Source: Eledone cirrhosa
Lineage: Eukaryota
NCBI GenBank assembly: GCA_964016885.1
Contig: OZ024740.1
Coordinates: 245,706,001 to 245,770,000, forward strand
Reading direction: 5' to 3'
DNA: 64,000 nt
Below, piece by piece: positions 12,728 to 26,056 of the stretch (within the stretch, counting starts at the first letter, position 1; the number at the start of each line of letters is the position of its first letter). Below the pieces are notes generated by a model. It searched no databases, was not told the DNA's origin, and saw only the letters and a program-made list of their open reading frames with translations. Made by a program: the position numbers and the translations under genes.

Positions 12728-15700
12728 TGCTTTCTTTATTAACCACAATGGTTGACATAAAGTGTAACATTAAGGACAGCACAGGACCATACAAATGGGC
12801 ATTTATGTGTGTAAAAAAAACAGAGGATGTAACAAAAAAAGAAACAATGAAAAATTCCCCAATAGGGGTGGAGACTTCCGAGCGTCGCTCGTGGAGAAAG
12901 CCCACAAAAAATCCACGGTTACCCTGACCGCTAGGGCAAATGCCTTCTTCCAGTTTTCCTCCCACTATGCTACAGGCACACACACAGGGTAGGCCCATTC
13001 ACAGGGCCATTCTTGCCTTTCTCACCCACCTTTCAACAAACTGGCTGAAAGGCAGCACTTCCCTCTCCACCCTGATTTTCCTTTTCAGGTGAAACCTGAA
13101 AAAGTTAATGAGGGTGTCTCCAAAGAGGAAACTACCCGTCTTCAACCCTTTCAGATGTGTCCACCATACAATCTCTTTTACCATGGCCACCAGGCAGATA
13201 AAAACTGCCTGCCCTTCTCGGCTAAAGGAAGGTGGCGGGACAATTCTCACGATGGACTCAGCTGATAGCTGGATCCGTTCTACATGTCACAGCAGGTGTT
13301 CGGCATAAACCCACAAGTCAGCAATGCTCGAACACTGCACGAGTGCGTGCAAGACGGTTTCATCACCCTGCACGCATCTCGGACAGGCCCGGCTGACCCC
13401 ACTTCCATGCCTGTAGAGTTCATCCCGAACTGGCAAGGCTCCTCGGTAGCACTGCCAGGCCAGGGATTTCTGGAAGTTGTCCATGGGCCCTGGCCCAAAA
13501 GTTCTCCTGAAGAGGTTGGCTAGTTGGTTTTCGTCGACACACAGAGTCTCCTCAAGGACGTCATCACTCTTTCCCTCCACTAACCCTCTATAGAATGCCA
13601 TGGTGGAGTTTCCACCGATCGTATTGCCCGACTGGTCAAGGGCTGTAAGCGCCTGAAGACATTCCAGTCTCCAAGTGCTTCCTCTCGGTCTTCGCTTGAC
13701 CCAGGACTGTAGCTCCGTCAAGGAGACAAGTTGAGGAAACATGCATCTAGCAAAAGACGACCACACCTGATCACCATCGAGGAAGTGGTGGAGATGCCGT
13801 AGCCTGAGCGTGTGTCTGCGCATCATCAGCCACGGCATGCCCAGCCCTCCACGTAGCGGGTGTTAACAGCAGATGGACCACCTAACCATCGGAGCACGTT
13901 CCTTCCACAAAAAGCGAAAGAACAGATGCTCCAGTCCATTCAGGCGAGGCTTAGGATAAGGCACGATGGTCAGGCAGTAGTAGATGACGGACGCGATGTA
14001 CGCGTTCGCCACCTCCGCTTGACCTTTCTGAGGTAGCTTCCTCTCGGCCCATTTCTGGGGGAGAGAAGCCACCTTGCTCGTCACCTCCTCCCATTTTTTG
14101 TCCGTCTGGAGGTCCGGACCGAACCAGATCCCGAGCAATTTAACCGGTCCGTCCGTCCAGCGCCTGACAACACTGTTGGACGGCATGGACCTGCCTCTCC
14201 AAGTGCCTCATATTCTCTTAGTGTGATGCCGATCGCCTCGATGTGTTTGGCGTTCGACACCACTACGGTGACGTCATCTGCATATGCTGACACGGTTCTT
14301 CTGCATCCTAGTGCGCGCGGGACCCCCCCCCTCCTCAACATCTCTATTTGTGCAGTAATGGCTCGAGAGTCAATACGTACAACAGGGACGAGAGAGGAAA
14401 TCCTTGGCAGACCGAGCGCATGATGTTGAACAGTTCTGAAAGGTGACTGTTTACTCTCACCACAGAGCAGATGTCGCTGTGCATGGCAGCGATCCAGCCT
14501 CTGAAGACGGGCCCAAAGCCAGCTGCTCTCAGGACTGCCGCCAGATAACGATGGTTGACCCTATTGAAGGCTTTCAACTGATCTAAATTGATCAAGGACC
14601 CACCCGTATCAGGTTCCCTAGCTACTCTCTCCATGATGTATCGCATGAGGTGGAGGTTGTCGTGGATGGATCTGCCTGGAATGGCGCATGTCTGCACTTC
14701 TCCCATCAGACGACTGACAACAAGCGCCATTCTCTTTGCTAGCACCTTGGCCAAAATCTTGAACTCTGCATTTAGCAGAGTTATGGGCCTGAAATTATCT
14801 ATGTTATCCCGCTTGTTCAGGTCCTTTCTCAACAGCGCCATTGCTCCTTGGCTCACAGAGCTGGGAATTCTCCCTTTCTGCTGCCAATTGCAGTAGATAT
14901 CCGCCAAGAGGTCGCCAAACAAGTCTGATATGTGTATGTAAAGCTCATAGGGCAGACCATCCAAACCAGGCGATTTACCGATCATGCAACCAGTCATTGC
15001 CTCCCGTACTTCAGCGGCTGTTATCAGCTTTTCGCAGCACTCCACTTCAGTGGCCGAGAGCCACAGCAGTCCAACCAGGTAACTACTAAAACCATCCCCC
15101 AAACAGCTGAGCTAAGCATCAAGCGTCGCACACATTTGCCCAGGATCGAGTAATATGCGCCCGTCGTGATCCTCCAAAGACTGGATCTTAGTTTTGTTGC
15201 CACGACACACTCGGGCCCATTGAACGGCTTTTGTCCCCTCGTTTCTGAGAGCACATGCCGTAGCTCTGACAATGCAGCCTTCATGCCTTGCGTTGAATAA
15301 TTGGTCCAGGGTCAATTTCACCGCAAGCACGTCGGTCGTGATGCCTTTACTAAGTGCCTCGTTTAATTTTCTAACTAGTTCCCCCTCTGTTCTATGTTTT
15401 TCTATTGCTAATGCCTTACTAAATCTAATGGACTCCATTCTAATCACCCTTTTCAGGGCAAACCACCATTTGTTGTTGACGATTGCCCCTGTCAACGCCT
15501 GCTTAACTAGTTCACTAATCCGGCCTCTGTAGGCTTTGCGTGCTGTCAATGATGTGTTTAGCTTCCAGTAGTCGGGTCCCTGTCTATGAAGCCTATCTAA
15601 GGTGACCACACAGAGCACGAATTTGTGGTCCGTGTAGTCGACTATCTTGAATTGTGGACAGCCTATGCTAGAACTATCTATTTCCCTACAAAATACCCTA

Positions 15701-15935
15701 GAAACTATCTGGATGACTCGATGTGGTTTGACCATGTCCACATTGGCACATTCAGGAAATCCAGACAGTACTTGTCAGACAGTTGAAAACATCTGAGCAG
15801 GTTTGTGAGTCCTTTACACCCTCCTCCTCTATCTGCTAATCCCACACAGTCCCAGCATGCATCTAAGATCCTGTTCCAGTCGCCCACTAACACTAAAGAG
15901 CAGGATGTTCCAAGAAAGGTTCCCAGTCGCCGGAA
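12728..15935 (-). mobile_element. Tx1/L1-clade LINE, 5'-truncated, decayed ORF2 (APE endonuclease and RT)
   Basis: LVGDWN, DHKFV, YWKLN, KSPGLDGLP, FRPITLLN, QGFPLSSLLY, AYADD and a C-terminal CPRC...ETVLHALVQC motif; 3' end abuts an (ATT)n tail. Confidence 0.92.
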
Positions 15936-18255
15936 GATGCAAAAAAAAGAGCTAACTTCTTTAAACAAAACAAAATCTTTGCCGAAGATACCAAAAGATT
16001 TTACAGAAAGTTAGGTAAGAAAAATATTGAAATAAGACAACTTGAGCTTGATGAGGTTGAACACTTCTGGACAAATATCTGGGAAAAAGCTAAAGACTAC
16101 CAAGAGAGGTCCCAAAGTGGATAGCAATTGGCGTAATGTATCTTCTACCGAAGAATGAATGCACAGAAAATCCCCAAATCTCCCAATGATGAACAAAGCC
16201 CTCACATTAGTGATTACCAACAGGGTCTACAATTACCTTGTCTGTGGAGATCTATTGCCACCTGAACAAAAAGGTTGTAAACAAGGGAGTTACAGGTGCA
16301 AAGATTAGCTACTAATAAATAGACTCATAATGGAAAACTACTAACAGAAAAAGAAAAACCTGTCGATGGCCTGGATAGACTACAAGAAGGCATTCGACAG
16401 CGCAGCTCATTCATGGGTCATAAAAACACTAGAAATATATCCTGAGGGCAATGATGACAGACTGGAAAACTACGATGGTCCTTCAACACCACAACGGACC
16501 ACTGGAATCTCGATAAATCAAGATTAATCATGGAATATTCCAAGGCAACTCATTGTCCCCTTTGCTGTTCTGTATGTCACTTGCTCTGTTAAGTCAGTTA
16601 CTGCGGAGGACAGGTTATGGATATAAAATAGACAACAGACACTACAGTCACCCTCTTTATATGGATGATATCAAGCTATTTGTACACAATGATGGGCAGC
16701 TGGAAGGTTTACTGCACACAGGGAAACAATTCAGTGATGACATCCATATGGAATTTGGACTGGACAAGTGTACAAAAGTCATTCAAGAGAGGGTTGCTCT
16801 CTAACCATAAATATATTGTCGTAGACCAACAAACCACCATAAAGGAAGAGTTCTATAATTATCTTGGAGCTACTGAAGGAGATGGAATCCAGCATGCAAA
16901 TATGAAGGAAAAGATACGGAAGGAGTACATAAGGAGAGTGAGATTAGTAACAAAAAGTGAGCTTAAATCCTGCAACAAGTTCAAAGCCATTAACAGTCCA
17001 GCAGTACCAGTTGTAACATAGAGCTTTAACATCATAAACTGGAACCTGCAAGATCTACAAAGGTTGGACACTATGACAAGGAAACTTTTGACAACAGAAA
17101 AAAATGCATCACCTTAAAGCCGATGTACGTAGGCTGTCTATCTCAAGGAGAGAAGGTGGATGGGGGCTCCGATAACTGGAAGCTGCACACAAAACAGCAA
17201 CCATTGAGTTGGATTGATACCTCCACCACACCCGAGATGAACTTCTTAAGCATAAATGAATTAAGAAACTACACTCAATAACAAAAGAGGCAAGAAAATT
17301 TAGGCAAAAACTAAACATCAAACAAGATAAACCCATAGAAATGAGTGCTGCACAGCTAGCTATGACTATGAAGATCAAAGCAAAGAAACTCCAAACAGAG
17401 GAACTAAACCATGAATGGAAGGCAAAACCACTACATGGTAGATTCTCAGAATGACTTTCTGATAATGAAATCGATCAGCATGACTCACTATCCTGGCTCA
17501 GAAGTGCTGGTTTGAAAACAGAGACTGGTGAACTTTTAGTTGCTGCACAAGACCAACCTCTAAACACTTGGGACTATAGACACAGAATAGTGAAAGATGG
17601 GATGAACCCTCTATGAAGAATATATTACAAACATGAAGAAACGGTAGATCATGTTATCTCCGGGTCCAGCGCTGGCAAAAACTGACTATATAGAAAGACA
17701 CAACCGCATAGCCAAATATGTGCACTGGATGCTCTGCCACTCTCATGACATCCAAACTTCTAACAAATGGTATGAACATCAACCAAAAACAGTCATGGAA
17801 AAGGACAACATATCCACCTTTTGAGATATACCTTTGATAACCGACTGAGAAATCGCTGTCAACAGACCAAATATCATCATAAAAAACAAAACAGATCGGA
17901 CATGCAGCCTTGGTATACCAGCTGACAAGAATACATCTGTAAAAATAATGGAAAAACTGTCAAAATACAAAGACCTGAAAATAGACATCAACCACATGTG
18001 GAGGATGACCATAAACACTGTCCCTGTGGTAATAGGAGCATTAGGATTAATACCCAAATCCTCAGACCTGCACCTTAGCGTCCTTTCCTGCAAGATCAGC
18101 AAATATGAGCTACAGAAGATCACGCTACTTAGAACTTCACACATTCTCAGATGAGTTCTCTCTCTACAATGAAAACATCTATTGCCCTCGGTTCAAGGCC
18201 TGAACCCGGGAATAGAGAAACAGAACTGAGCTAAATGAAATAACACAAAAATAAT
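15936..18255 (+). mobile_element. R4/Dong-like RLE non-LTR retrotransposon, 5'-truncated, decayed
   Basis: EQKGC, AWIDYKKAFDS, QGNSLSPLLF, YMDDIKLF, ETVDHVISG, NRPNIII, KLSKYKDL and VPVVIGALG motifs; ends in (AAT)n. Confidence 0.88.
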
Positions 18256-18434
18256 GATAATAATGGTCTCTGATTTAGGCACAAGGCCAACAATTTTTAC
18301 TGGTGCTTTATTATATCGATCCTGTAAGGATAAAAGGCAAAGGTAACCTCGGCGAGATTTGAACTCAGAAAGTAAAGGCCATAACTTTATGCTGCAAAGC
18401 ATGATATCTGACGATCTACCAATACTGTCAATAG

Positions 18435-18880
18435 GATATGCCAATACATATAGACAGAGATCAAAGCCAACCGACCAGACATAGTCAAAAACCACAAAGA
18501 AAAAAATGCCTTCTAATAGATGTATCAATCTCTACAGATGACAATATATCTTCCAATGAAATGGAGAAACTCTCCAAATATAAAGATCTAGAGATAGAAA
18601 TAACTTGAATGTGGAAAATGAAAACTGAAACGATGCCTATAATAATAAGTGCTCTGGGAATGATAAAAAAAACCACACAGCTAAATACATAACAAAACCC
18701 CGGGCCTTACAAATATATACAGCATTCAAAAGATAGCACTACTAGACACTGCACACATATTACTACAAGTACTATCAATACAATAGAAACAATACCAGCA
18801 AAAACTACACTGCTCATACCCAAGGCGTACAGAGCTGTGCTCGGTAAAGCAGTAATGATGCACAATAATAATATCAATAA
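18435..18880 (+). mobile_element. R4/Dong-like RLE 3' fragment (second family)
   Basis: TDREIKANRPDIV..., EMEKLSKYKDLEIEI, MPIIISALG; AAT-rich tail. Confidence 0.8.
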
Positions 18881-19004
18881 TAATTGTTTCTACTTTAGGC
18901 ACAAGGCCAGCAATTACCCAGTACATTACCGGTACTTTATTTTATCGACCCCGTAAGGATGAAAGGCAAAGTTAACCTCGATAATAATGATAATAATAAT
19001 AATC

Positions 19005-19515
19005 TGAGAAATGGTGTGACCATAAGCCAGAGTCGGTGATAGAAAACGATCAGGTGAAGGTGCTGTGAGATTTCAGGATACAAACAGACAAAGAATTAGA
19101 ACACAATAGGCCTGACCTGGTGGTTTTGGACAAGAAAAAAAATATCTTGCTTGATTATAGATGTCGCTTGCCCCTTTGACACATGAGTGCAAGAAAAGGA
19201 AAGGAGAAAATTAATCAGTACCAGGATGATTTAAAGTGGGAACTGAAAAGGATTTGGAACTGTTGAGATCAAGGTCATTCCCATCAACGAAGGAGCACTA
19301 GGCACTATCTTTAAAAGCTTCCAAGGCTGGTTAAAGAACATTAGCCCAGCCAATTTTTTTGGAACACTCCATAAGGCATGCCTACTGGGAACAGCAAGGA
19401 CCCTCCGATATGTCCCGAATGTTTAAGGCTGCAGTTAATGGCTTGATATTCATTAGGGCAAATTTTTCAATTAAATAACAACAATGGCTGAAATATCAAA
19501 GTAATAATAATAATA
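19005..19515 (+). mobile_element. R4/Dong-like RLE 3' fragment (third family)
   Basis: VKVL*DFRIQTDKELEHNRPDLVVLDKK and LIIDVACPFD restriction-like endonuclease motifs; flanked by (TAA)n. Confidence 0.8.
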
Positions 19516-19778
19516 ATGGTTTTTGATTTAGGCACAAGGCCAGCAATTTTGGGGAAGAGAAAGTTGATTAAATCATTATTGGTACTTTATTTTATCAACC
19601 CCCGTAAGGATGAAAGGTAAAGCTAACCTCTGTGGGATAATAAAAATAATAATCTAGTAGGTCCTTGACATAAAGTAAGGAAAGCTATGAACAGTAGCAA
19701 AGGACCTTAATAGCAGAAAGGACAAGAATGTTTCTCATCCTTGACCATGGGTTATGGTCCAATAGGAAGAATACTTAA

Positions 19779-19998
19779 CTTTAGCATTTAAACTGGCCAT
19801 ATCCGGCCAGAAATCCGTCACCACTTTATGTTCAAACTAGCTGTAATTTGGCCACTCATACTGATGTTAAAGTATTGTTCTCAAAATAAATAACATCAAA
19901 ATCTCATAAATTCGATATTATATCAGATAATTATGTAAGATAAAGCCTTTACCACAAAAATACAATAGTATATATAGAGTAACGTAAATGCTAAAGGG
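19779..19998. mobile_element. piggyBac-like MITE
   Basis: TTAA-CTTTAGCATTTA ... TAAATGCTAAAGGG-TTAA. Confidence 0.65.
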
Positions 19999-20042
19999 TT
20001 AAACCAGTCACAACTTCAGTACTGTGTTGTAATAAAAATAAT

Positions 20043-21250
20043 AATGGTTTCTGATTTAGGCACAAGGCCAGCAATTTTGGGGGGAGGGAATGTCAATTAA
20101 ATCAATCCCAGTGCATGACTGGTACTTTATTTTATCGATCCCCTAAGGATGAAAGGCAAAGCTAACCTCGGTGGGATTCGAACTCAGAATGTAAAGGGCC
20201 ATAACTATGCCGCAAAGCAAGGTGTCCGACACTATACTGCCAATCCACTGCCCTTATGATAATAATTCTTTCATTCACTACAAAAGTTAACATTAAGAAA
20301 ACATTAGGACAGCACAAGACAAAAACACTGTGTGCATGTGTCAGTGTGTATGTTTTGTGTGTAAACAGGTTTAATAATAGTAAAAAGAATGGTAACCATA
20401 AAAAATCAAACAATGGGAATTACTTGAGAGCTGCTCATAAGAAAAAAAAACATTATCTGATCTCCAGAGCAAGCACCCTGTCCAATCTACAGACATACAC
20501 TCAGAGCAGGCCCATTCACTCACTTCTTGGAAGGCAGTACTTCCCTCTCTGATTTTTCTTTTCAAGTGAAACATGAAAAAGTTAATCAGGGCTTCACCGA
20601 AGACGAAAGTGCTTGTCTTCAATCCTTATGATTTAGGCACAAGGCCAACAATTTGTGCATGTGGGGTGGTGGGGTAATCGATTATACCACCACTTGACTG
20701 GTACTTCATTTTCTCGACCCCGGAAGGATGAAGGATAGAACACAAAGTTGATCTCAGCAGGATTTTTACTTTGAACATAATGAGAGAACAAATACTGCTA
20801 AGCATTTGTCCAATGCTCTAATGTCTCTGCCAAATAATAATCATCATCATCGTTTAACGTCCGTGTTCCATGCTTGCATTTTTTAATATAGGCACAAGGC
20901 CAGAAATTTGAAGGGAAGGGGAAAGTTGATTAAATCGACCCCAGTGCATTACTGGTACTTCATTTTATTGACCCCGTAAGGATAAAAGACAAAGCTGACC
21001 TCAGTGGGATTTGAACTCAGAATGTAAAGAGTCAGAAGAAATACTACTAAGCATTTATCCAATACTCTAACAACTCTGCCAATCCACTGCTCTTATAATA
21101 ATATCAATGGTTTGTAATTTAGGCACAAGGCCAACAATTTTGAGGTCAATTAAATCAACCCCAGTATTTCACTGATACTTTATTTTAGTGGCACTCCTAA
21201 GGAGAAAATGTAAAGTGGAGCTCAACAGGATCTGAATTCAGAATATAAAA
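20043..21250 (-). mobile_element. Head-to-tail SINE array with an embedded Tx1-like 3' fragment (about 20260-20625)
   Basis: Four same-orientation SINE copies (starting about 20043, 20630, 20885, 21105); peptide EALINFFMFHLKRKIRE matches the C-terminus of the 12.7-15.9 kb LINE. Confidence 0.8.
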
Positions 21251-21524
21251 GCTTCTAATTGTTAGCTCATAAAATGAGGGGTGTTGATTGTGATTGTAGT
21301 GGCAGTGGAGTTGGAGATTATAGAAAGAAGATGAGAATGAGGGAAAAAGGGAGAGGAGAAAGATTGATGCAGAGAAAGGAAAGATGAGAGAGAGAGAGAG
21401 AGGAAGAGAGAGAGAGAGAAAGAAAGAGAAAAAGGAAGAGAGAATAAGAAAGGAAAACAGAGAGATAAGATAGAAAAGGATTGAAAGTGGGAAGAAGTGG
21501 TTTAAAGTAAGAAGTTCCACTTAC

Positions 21525-21662
21525 TTTCCAGGTTGTCTTCATGCTGTTAATTTTCTCCACCATCGAAGCAAGAGGTGTGTACATCTGCATTTTGACCACA
21601 GTATAGCCAGACACCATGGACACCAACAAGGTGGCAACTAAGATTTGGAATCTAAACTCCAT
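21525..21662 (-). CDS. CTSB: Cathepsin B, first coding exon (signal peptide and start of propeptide)
   Basis: ATG at 21662; translates MEFRFQILVATLLVSMVSGYTVVKMQMYTPLASMVEKINSMKTTWK (46 codons): hydrophobic signal peptide plus the IN...TTW propeptide motif. GTAAGT donor at 21524 (phase 0). Upstream TTTTAG acceptor ending at 21675 implies a further 5' UTR exon. Confidence 0.9.
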
Positions 21663-21728
21663 GTTGAATCTGGTCTAAAATCAGATAAAGTTATTAGTAA
21701 ATTAGGTACAAAGCCTAGTAAACTTTAA

Positions 21729-21941
21729 ACCTTAATAATCATGAAGGTCAATAAATACTCTAAATGTGTCACTGCTCCATGTCACAAGATTAACATATCA
21801 GCACTCAAGTTGATATGTTAGATATCATCGACATGCATTGTTATCTAATGTGTCCTAGTTTAAAAATAAAATTGTTGATCTTGTGACATGGAGCAGTGAC
21901 ACACATCTAGAATATTCATTGAGCTTCATGATTATTAAGGT
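21729..21941. mobile_element. piggyBac-like MITE just upstream of the ATG exon
   Basis: TTAA-ACCTTAATAATCATGAAG...CTTCATGATTATTAAGGT-TTAA, imperfect inverted arms of about 65 bp. Confidence 0.7.
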
Positions 21942-22331
21942 TTAAATTTTACTAGGACAATTGATTTTGAGAGTTACTATAATGTAAAATAACAGCATTG
22001 GATCGTACAATGGATCATACATGCAGAACATATACATACATAGACATGCACATACATACACACATATATAATTATACATATACACATATAAATACAAGAA
22101 TACACACACAATTATACATAAATACATACATACATAAACAGGCAAATATCCATAAATATCTATGAATATATTATCTGAAAGATAGAATTGGGGTTCCCAT
22201 TATTATAATTATTGTTTCTACTTTTGGAACAAGGCCAGCAATTATCCCAGTGTATTACTGGTACTTTATTTAATCGAATGGCAAGGGCCATAATTCTATG
22301 CTTGGCATCCGACCCTCTACCGATAATGAAA

Positions 22332-22973
22332 TGTAAAGGTGTATGTAGAAAGAGTATAACTATTAGGTAGAAAGAAAAAGGCTATGATAGAGTAATGAGG
22401 GTAGTCAGAGTTTAACGAGGGGTATTTTAGTTGTTATTAGAATGATTATAACATGGTTGTTAGATGAAATAACAAGAATGGCCGATTTACTTCATATATA
22501 AAGGTTTACTTCACTTCAATCAAAAAGAACAAGTTACTATGAGTTGCGAAGGTTGACAATGTTATTTTGTTGTTGGTCCATGAGGCTGGTGTAGTCTGAG
22601 ACCATAGTGAGAGAGAGTAATGGTCTGTAGACCTCTGAATGGTCTGTAGTTGACTGTAGACCACTGTGGCCTGTAGAGAGCAGTGAATCTTTCACATAGC
22701 TTGTAATAGCGTACTGCTCCGATCGCTCTGTTTGTCTGTAGACCTCAGGGGCCTGAAGGTAGCGGTGAATCTTTCACATAGCTTGTCTGTATCGTGGTGC
22801 TCCGATCTCTCTGTTGTAAGGTGGGATATACAGGCTTTATATACCTGTCGCTTTCTGTCTCCCACTGCGAGGGATCGCTCACGCATGAACCTGTTCACAC
22901 CAAAAGGGTAGTGACCTAGAGTTTGACCTTTAGGTGTAACCCAAGGTTCAAGGTGTGGACAGATCTCGCTACA
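22332..22973 (-). mobile_element. Possible solo-LTR-like sequence
   Basis: TGTA...TACA ends, minus-strand TATATAAA near 22840, internal 22-bp direct repeat GTGAATCTTTCACATAGCTTGT; no target-site duplication found. Confidence 0.3.
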
Positions 22974-23289
22974 GGAGTGTGTGTGTTAAGGGTATGACAA
23001 AGGATATATGATTAAAGTGAATATGTGAGTGTTTTAGATGTATGGTTAAAGGTTAAAAAGGAAGAAGTGTTCAAAGTCTCTAATAGGTTATGAAATGTGG
23101 AAAGAATGAAAGTGGTCTGTGTGTGTGTGTGTTAAAGGTATGAAAAAAAAGGGAGGGGGGTATAATTAAAATAAATAAGTGGGTGTTTATTGTGTGTAAT
23201 GGTTGTAGTTAAATGTATGTGTTCATAAAGAGATCAGGGTAGTGAGTGGAAGAGTTAATTTATAAAATGAGGAAGTTCATATATATATA

Positions 23290-23955
23290 TATAATAATAT
23301 ATGTAGTAAGAAACACAGTAAATCGTGTGTCTAATATTACGAGGGTTGAAGAACCCCATTTATTTGAAATATTTAACCATGAAGCAGACAGAATGATAAA
23401 ATTATACAAACCACCTCAATAACAATTATATCTCTCGGACAGATTAGGGATTAATCTGTTTCAGTATGAGTTATTAACTCTAACTTTCATTTATATTTCG
23501 GCCCCTCATGAGGTGAGCTTATTAAGTTGCGTGTGTTGGACTGTTATTTCTAACTTATACACTCACACCACTTTTGACTTACGGCACACGAGGTGATGAA
23601 TTCATTTTTTTGTGTGAACGTTAGTACTAGGTGTTTGTCGCATTTAATCAGATTCTCTCACTGATGATGCCCGTGGATTATCTGTTACAAACACACTCAG
23701 GGCGAAACAGATTAATCCCTAATCTGTCCGAGAGATATAATTGTTATTGAGGCGGTTTGTATAATTTTATCATTCTGTCTGCTTCATGGTTAAAGATTTC
23801 AAACAAATGTGGTTATTCAACCCTTGTAATATTAGACACACGATTTACTGTGTTTCTTACTACATATATATTATTATAATGCTCAGTATTTATACTTTGA
23901 GTTGTTGTTTACAGGGTTTCAGTATGAGTTATTAACTCTAACTTTCATTTATATA
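23290..23955 (+). mobile_element. Penelope-like pseudo-LTR remnant with partial inverted copy
   Basis: About 170-bp inverted repeat (23290-23462 vs 23704-23879), a 40-bp direct repeat (about 23458 and 23916), a hammerhead core, and (TA)n flanks. Confidence 0.7.
23654..23735 (+). ncRNA. Type I hammerhead ribozyme
   Basis: TCTCTCa-CTGATGA-t-GCCC...GGGC-GAAA-CAGATTA atccc TAATCTG-TC-cGAGAGA: stems I, II and III all pair; GUC cleavage triplet; one mismatch at the base of stem I. Confidence 0.8.
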
Positions 23956-23996
23956 TATAAATATACATATATATATACATATATATACACATACAT

Positions 23997-24171
<175 letters not shown>

Positions 24172-24410
24172 CATATACATATATATATACATATATATAT
24201 ATACATATATACACATACATATACATATATATATACATATATATATATACATACATACACACATATATATATATACATACATACACACATATATATATAT
24301 ACATACATACACACATATATATATATACATACATACACACATATATATATATACATACATACACACATATATATATATACATATATATATATATACATAC
24401 ATATATATAC

Positions 24411-24441
<31 letters not shown>

Positions 24442-24483
24442 CATACATATATATACATATATATATATACATACATACATATA

Positions 24484-25060
24484 TGGTGGCTGCCAACTCG
24501 TTTTCGAGTACGGCCACTACTTTATATCCATGTAGGAGAACCCCTACCGATGCGCTGAACGAGTGTGACTTTTTAGTCCAGCCAGCGACTTGAAAACTCT
24601 GGTACAAACACTACACTTGTGACAATTATTGACACATAGTGCTGGGCCCATGGTACCATGTGAGGACAAGTGCAGAGAGATCTCCAGATATAAAGCAATG
24701 CCTGTGCCGTGAAGCTTTTATAGTGAGCAAAGGCACTGCACAAAGCCAGTCCCACTCTCTCAACCAAGATGATATTTACCAAAAAGAAGAACAAGTCAAC
24801 ATCATTGGATACCATCAGGGTTGCAGGTGTTATATCAGAGTTTTCCTTATCCTAGAATTCTGCCTTGACAAAGGCTAAGGGGTCATCTCTCCCGGTGATT
24901 TTGGATGGCCATTGACTCTTAAGAGCTCCTTTGCCCTTTGACAGGTTTTGTTTTTAGTCCTGCAGGATGTCCAAAGTCACCCTCCTCACCAAGAAACCTT
25001 GGTGGGGTTGCCAGTTTAGTCGCCAACGACCCGACCATGAGACAGGTTGTACTGGGATAC
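24484..25060 (-). mobile_element. About 600-bp non-autonomous RTE-derived element, copy 1
   Basis: Near-identical to the copies at 28448, 29149 and 32159; GGAGAAGGAAAACTCTGA-type RTE 5' motif; [18 protein letters not shown]2H2 remnant at the 3' end; in (TA/TACA)n. Confidence 0.7.
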
Positions 25061-25212
25061 ACACATATATATATATACATACATACACACATATATATAT
25101 ATACATACATACACACATATATATATATACATACATACACACATATATATATATACATACATACACACATATATATATATACATATATATATATATACAT
25201 ACATATATATAC

Positions 25213-25243
<31 letters not shown>

Positions 25244-25290
25244 CATACATATATATACATATATATATATACATACATACATATATATAC

Positions 25291-25321
<31 letters not shown>

Positions 25322-25396
25322 CATACATATATATACATATATATATATACATATACATACATATATATACATATATATATATATACATACATACAT

Positions 25397-25443
<47 letters not shown>

Positions 25444-25723
25444 ATAAGAATCAAAGAACTGTTCAAAACATTATTGTGCTTACAGCTGTTTCCTCCAAAC
25501 CGAGGTTTGGATTCTTCGGAGCAATTTATTAATGCATGGACAGTTATATGACCTCCTTTTCAGCCGAGTTGATTGCTATGGCGCAGGGTCGGAGAGGTGC
25601 CCGACGTCTGGGCCGTCTGGACGTCGCCTTTTTGGACCTTGCAAAGGCCTTCGACACGGTTCCCCATCAGTTGGTGGCCGCCGGTATGGAGCGAAAGGGA
25701 TTTTGCGGTCACATCACTCTTCA

Positions 25724-26056
25724 GAAACCTATGTAGGCTCCACTTCTAACTGCTTCAAAATTAGATATAACTCGCACATCCACTCGTTCAAAAAGCACAG
25801 CCTAGCCAACTCCACCTCACTTTCTAGCTACATACACTATCTAAAATCTAAAAATAAACCATACACACTCAAATGGGAAGTGATAGGCAGCGCGACCTCG
25901 TACAAACCACCTAATAAATTCTGTAACCTCTGTATACTAGAGACACACAATATTATCTTCTCCAACCGTAACCTACTTAACAAAAAATCTGAGGTGTTTG
26001 CAACTTGCCAGCACCGCCTCAGACATTCCTTCCAAAACTTTAAGCCCTATATATAG
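25724..26056 (+). pseudogene. PLE GIY-YIG endonuclease, C-terminal fragment
   Basis: ETYVGSTSNCFKIRYNSHIHSF...LSSYIHYLK...LKWEVI...CNLCILE...LLNKKSEVFATCQH: YIG, R, E and N motifs plus CxxC, as in Penelope-like elements. Confidence 0.88.

Noticed and set aside
21318-21524. C-terminal extension of the 114-aa ORF as a membrane protein
   Set aside because: Read-through past the GTAAGT donor into an intronic CT-rich tract.
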